A stretch of DNA of 12,877 nucleotides, from NCBI RefSeq assembly GCF_006345805.1, contig NW_021826458.1:1-12877 (forward strand), in the 5' to 3' direction. The translations under genes and the position numbers were made by a program. Below the pieces are notes generated by a model that was not told where the DNA came from, ran no database searches, and saw only the letters and a list, made by a program, of their open reading frames with translations. This stretch comes from Octopus sinensis (taxonomy: Eukaryota). Below are positions 9,227 through 12,877 of this stretch, in pieces. Numbering within the stretch: position 1 is the first letter of the stretch; every line of letters starts with the position of its first letter.

Positions 9227-9319
9227 AATGCATTTTGTATACTTCAAAATCTTAATTTGCCATTACTATCATTACACTCAAGAATGAGGAAATTACCAAT
9301 TTAAATGAAGTATATTATA

Positions 9320-9596
9320 TAATAGCCATTGCTGCATTGGTAAATAAAATAACACATACAACTCACTTCTTATAATGATATAATAAACAAACAGAATTTC
9401 ATGTATGAAATTGATCTTTTTATACTCCAATTATTACATGTTTTTCTCTTATAACAATATTACATAATTGCCATTACTGTATTAATAAATAAAATAACAC
9501 ACTTAGTATTACCATATAATAAACAAACAGAAGTTCTCGTGTGAAATTGATCTTTTTTTTACTTAAATTATCACATATTTTTCTCTTATAAAAATA
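9320..9596. repeat. Tandem duplication of ~135 bp in the Helitron 3' region
   Basis: 9320-9458 and 9465-9596 share GCCATT..TAAATAAAATAACAC..ATATAATAAACAAACAGAA..TGAAATTGATCTTTTT..TTTTTCTCTTATAA. Confidence 0.85.
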
Positions 9597-9805
9597 CACT
9601 CATACAGGAGGCGTAAATTATATATATAATAATACTTTGAGTGTGGATCCTGGTAAAAAGTAAAAGAAATTACCCGATCGAACGACAGGTATTACTTCTA
9701 CTATATATATATATATATATATAGTAAAAGCAATTAAGATTCAAGTGAGTTCTGTTGAATTCACATGAATGCGGTACTTAACTTAGATGCACAACTTAGA
9801 TGTTT

Positions 9806-9895
9806 TTTCGTCTGATGAGTACGGGTCACTTGCATTTGCTGCAATATGTGCAGCCTTAATAAAGCTGGTCTTCGTATGAAACAATTGTACCGAAA
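9806..9895 (+). ncRNA. Type I hammerhead ribozyme candidate with long stem II
   Basis: Stem I TTTCG(9806-9810)/CGAAA(9891-9895) with a mismatch at the core-proximal pair; CTGATGA 9812-9818; stem II GTACG/CGTAT; GAAA 9878-9881; palindromic stem III ACAATTGT; GUA triplet 9887-9889. Confidence 0.7.
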
Positions 9896-9926
9896 TATTG
9901 ATCCATTTTTGTTGCTTTTTTCTTGC

Positions 9927-9957
<31 letters not shown>

Positions 9958-9975
9958 GTGTGTGGTGTGTGTGTA

Positions 9976-10130
9976 TAATATGTGACAATTAGCTGGTTGT
10001 CATAATAAAACTCAGAGTTTAGGATGCCGGGGCTGAAGTTTGCTCCGGCATCTCATTAATTATTAAGACAAAATCACTATGAAAAAAACTTTGGATAAAT
10101 GGAAAGTAAAACTTCGTTCATAGAATCCGC
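9976..10130 (-). mobile_element. Short repeat, copy 1, carrying a core-mutated hammerhead (9999-10069)
   Basis: Homologous to 11472-11651. Minus strand: GTCTTAATAA-TTAATGA-GATGCCGG..CCGGCATC-C-TAAA-CTCTGAG-TT-TTATTATGAC; stems intact, core mutated. Confidence 0.65.
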
Positions 10131-10663
10131 ATAATTACACATATATATACAGGCACATATACACGTACTCACACACAAACACGCGTGTACATATATCTAT
10201 ATACATACTCACACACGCGTGTACATATATACATATATATGTCTACGCATACACGCACATACATACGCATATATACGCATGCACGCATCAATACGCGTGT
10301 CACATGTTTATCAATAAATTCCTCTATTCTATATAATATCGAGGTCCCATTAATTCTTTGTTGTCATATTATTATTTTTAATATATGTATATATATATAT
10401 GTATGTATATACATACATATATATATTGTGCACAATATATATATTTAAAAAACGAGGGTGATGAATTGAATTTTAAAATAATTATGTTCTCTAATTGGCA
10501 ACATTGACTGCAGTAAATTATCTGCTGCAGAACTGTTTCCGGACTTTAGCGCGCCAGAACTTAGACATTTGAAAATAACCCCAATGGAATCGGTTGAACT
10601 GAGCACGTGTCTGGTTTTATATGGACAACTGTTTACTTTTACAAATTAAATTGAATTGGAACG

Positions 10664-10735
10664 ATCGTACTGACGAGTCTACGGACGAATAAATTACGTA
10701 AGCAATTATCGGTAATGACGAAACCGGTCTACGAT
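10664..10735 (+). ncRNA. Type I hammerhead ribozyme with canonical core (minimal stem III)
   Basis: Stem I ATCGTA(10664-10669)/TACGAT(10730-10735) perfect; CTGACGA 10670-10676; stem II GTC/GAC with imperfect extension; GAAA 10720-10723; palindromic ACCGGT stem III; GUC triplet 10727-10729. Confidence 0.85.
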
Positions 10736-11005
10736 TAATTCTGGATTTTTATATATTTTCATCTGTCTTACCCGCTTATGTTCTGGGGTTTGCTGAATTT
10801 CTCTAGAGAACATTCTTTTCTTTGTAGTTAGATCGTATGTGATCTTTTTCTAGCATATTGTTTATCCACCTAGTGGTTATCCCTAAAAATGCACATGTAT
10901 ATATATATACATGTGTATATTCGAAGGCTAAAAAACAATGCGAACGCATTGTGACAAGCGATGTGTACCTACATCTGATGGACTGGTCGGTCACGTGATC
11001 ACGTG

Positions 11006-11305
11006 ATATACATATAAATATATGTATATATATATGTAGATATATGTTTATATATAAATGTATACATATATATGTATGTGTGTATATGTTTTGTTATGTA
11101 TATGTATATATATATATATATATATGTATATATAGGTATATATATGTATATATATATATATATGTATGTATATTTATATATGTATATATGTATGTATTTA
11201 TTTATATATATGTATATGTATATATATATTTATATGTGCATATATATGTATATAAATATGTATATATATGTATATCTATATATGTATATATATGTATATA
11301 TATAT

Positions 11306-11357
<52 letters not shown>

Positions 11358-11465
11358 ATATATATGTATATATATATATATTTATATATATGTATATATA
11401 TATGTATATATATGTATATATATATGTATATATATATGTATATATATATGTGTGTATATATATTT
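11006..11465. repeat. Long complex (TA)n/(TATG)-type microsatellite
   Basis: Directly visible; it generates the Y/I/M-rich ORFs. Confidence 0.97.
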
Positions 11466-11471
11466 GTAATG

Positions 11472-11651
11472 TAATATGTGACAATTGTTCGGCTGTCATA
11501 ATATAAATCTGAGTTTCGGATGTCGAGACGCAAAACTGCTGCGGCATCTCGTCAGTTATTAAGACAAACAAAAATGCTATGAAAATGACCGTGTAATAGA
11601 GGGAAAATCCCGAAAGGGGAGAAAAGAAAAAAGATCGCCCATAGAATTCGC
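11472..11651 (-). mobile_element. Short repeat, copy 2, carrying a hammerhead motif (11495-11565)
   Basis: Minus strand: GTCTTAATAA-CTGACGA-GATGCCG..CGACATC-C-GAAA-CTCAGAT-TT-ATATTATGAC; core boxes intact, stem III and the first stem I pair mutated. Shares ends TAATATGTGACAATT and CATAGAAT.CGC with 9976-10130. Confidence 0.7.
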
Positions 11652-11824
11652 GTATACGCGCATATAGATGCATTCACATGCATTTGCTCCCTCACACGTA
11701 TATAAACCCATACGCGCACAATTATATTCATATACACGTCTAAATACGCATATGCTATATATGCATATGCTCACTCAAACTCGCGTGAACCACATAACTT
11801 CAAACACACACACACACCTATATG

Positions 11825-12334
11825 TTAGTTGGTTAGTTAATTTTTTGGCTCAAAAAGCAAAAAGCAAGGCCATGTAGGGGGCCATGGAGTTATGTACAGG
11901 GTGGTGTTCATGTAAAGAGTTCAGGCCACTTGTGGTAAAGGGAGACTTTGAACCGAGCGGTCGTCGACATCTTCACCATCTCGTCCGGCAGCTTATTCCA
12001 CGGATCCGCAACCCGGACGGAGAAAGCCCCTCTCCTTCGATTGAGATGAAATCGTCGTAGATAGAGCTTTTTGGAATGACCCTGCAGCCGATGCTCTGGA
12101 GCAGGAGTGAAGAACAGCTCTTTCGAGAGGTTATACTTTCCGCTTATGATGTTGTGAGCAAGAATGAGATCACCACGGCGTGGTCGTTTTTCTAGAGAAT
12201 AAAGGTCGAGCGTCTTCAGCCTTTCTTCATAAGACAAATGCTTGAGACCAAGAACGATGCGGGTAGCCAGCTTCTGGACTCTTTCGAGATGCTGTATGTC
12301 TTTGAGGAGATAAGGAGAAGAGGCTTGAATCCCG
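11825..12334 (-). mobile_element. 5'-truncated CR1-clade LINE (ORF2 C-terminus, 3'UTR, (AACT)n tail)
   Basis: GIQASSPYLLKDIQHLERVQKLATR..LSYEERLKTLDLYSLEKRPRRGDLI..RLQGHSKKL..FSVRVADPWNKLP is a typical CR1-group ORF2 end; stop at 11908-11910; tail TTAACTAACCAACTAA; possible TATATG target duplication at 11819-11824 and 12335-12340. Confidence 0.92.
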
Positions 12335-12805
12335 TATATGTATACGTATATGCAACAATACGCATGTACGCATATCCATACTCGCACACACGCACACACA
12401 CACGTATATATACCCATACGCGCAGAATTTTGTTCACTTACTCCCCTATATACGCGCATGCACAAAAATGCAGACTGGAAGGTAATATTGAGAAAAAACA
12501 TGCAAAAATATATAAAGCAATAAAGATGTATAAAAATATATATAAAATTATGTATAAATACATGTAATTATAAAATATATACAGATAAGACGCTTGTACG
12601 TGGACACAATATACAAAACACGTTCTATATGTGGTCTTGGGGGGACAAAAAGTGTAACAAATATTTAGACATGATCCAAAAGTTACTCCATTTACATAAT
12701 ATCGAGGTCTCATTCATTCTTTTGTTGTCATACTATTACTATTCATGTATCATGATAGATCGGTAGGCACTACACACATTTTTCTCTCTCCTTGTTTTTT
12801 TCTGT

Positions 12806-12847
12806 GTCCCTTTCTGTAGAAGCGCGTAGGCTCGAAACGTAAACGAC
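12806..12847 (+). ncRNA. Degenerate minimal hammerhead-like motif in a repeat running off the window end
   Basis: GTCCCTTT-CTGTAGA-A-GCGC-GTAG-GCTC-GAAACGTA-AACGAC: non-canonical CUGUAGA box, mismatch in stem II, palindromic ACGT stem III. Confidence 0.4.
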
Positions 12848-12877
12848 TTTTTCTATTCGTGAGCGTTATACTAATAC

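Larger units (their letters stand above)
8296..9701 (+). mobile_element. Non-autonomous Helitron remnant
   Basis: 5' TATATATAAAA..GTTTGTTTGTCC-type start, repeated with TC at 8417; PIF1 helicase C-terminal remnant; 3' imperfect hairpin ACCCGATCGAACGACAGGT 9672-9690 followed by CTAC (CTAG variant) 9698-9701 and T. The boundaries are less certain than the helicase call. Confidence 0.75.

Noticed and set aside
11044-11673. Long ORFs of 141-147 aa, and similar Y/I/C/V/H/T-rich ORFs elsewhere in the window
   Set aside because: These are translations of dinucleotide microsatellites.
12335-12501. N-terminal ~56 aa of the 197-aa ORF as part of a real protein
   Set aside because: It is low-complexity flank read in frame with the truncated CR1 ORF2.
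1-12877. CRISPR array or prokaryotic operon/defence system
   Set aside because: There is no regularly spaced repeat-spacer array and no intact gene cluster; the content is eukaryotic transposon-derived.

Overview
Non-coding, repeat-saturated eukaryotic DNA, most likely from an octopus or related cephalopod (inferred from recalled SINE families and dense CA/TA microsatellites; not checked against a database). I see no intact host gene; nearly all listed ORFs are microsatellite or antisense artefacts. The window holds tRNA-derived SINEs of three types, two decayed Tc1 (DD34E) copies, an internally deleted maT-like element, a ~120 bp mariner-type MITE, a Helitron remnant with PIF1 helicase motifs, a 5'-truncated CR1-like LINE and a ~0.6-0.7 kb inverted duplication with a template-switch junction. 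The most notable signal is six type I hammerhead-ribozyme-like motifs from about five sequence-unrelated units. One at 10664-10735 has a fully canonical core, and five cluster between 9.8 and 12.9 kb among microsatellites, suggesting Penelope-like or retrozyme-like elements.
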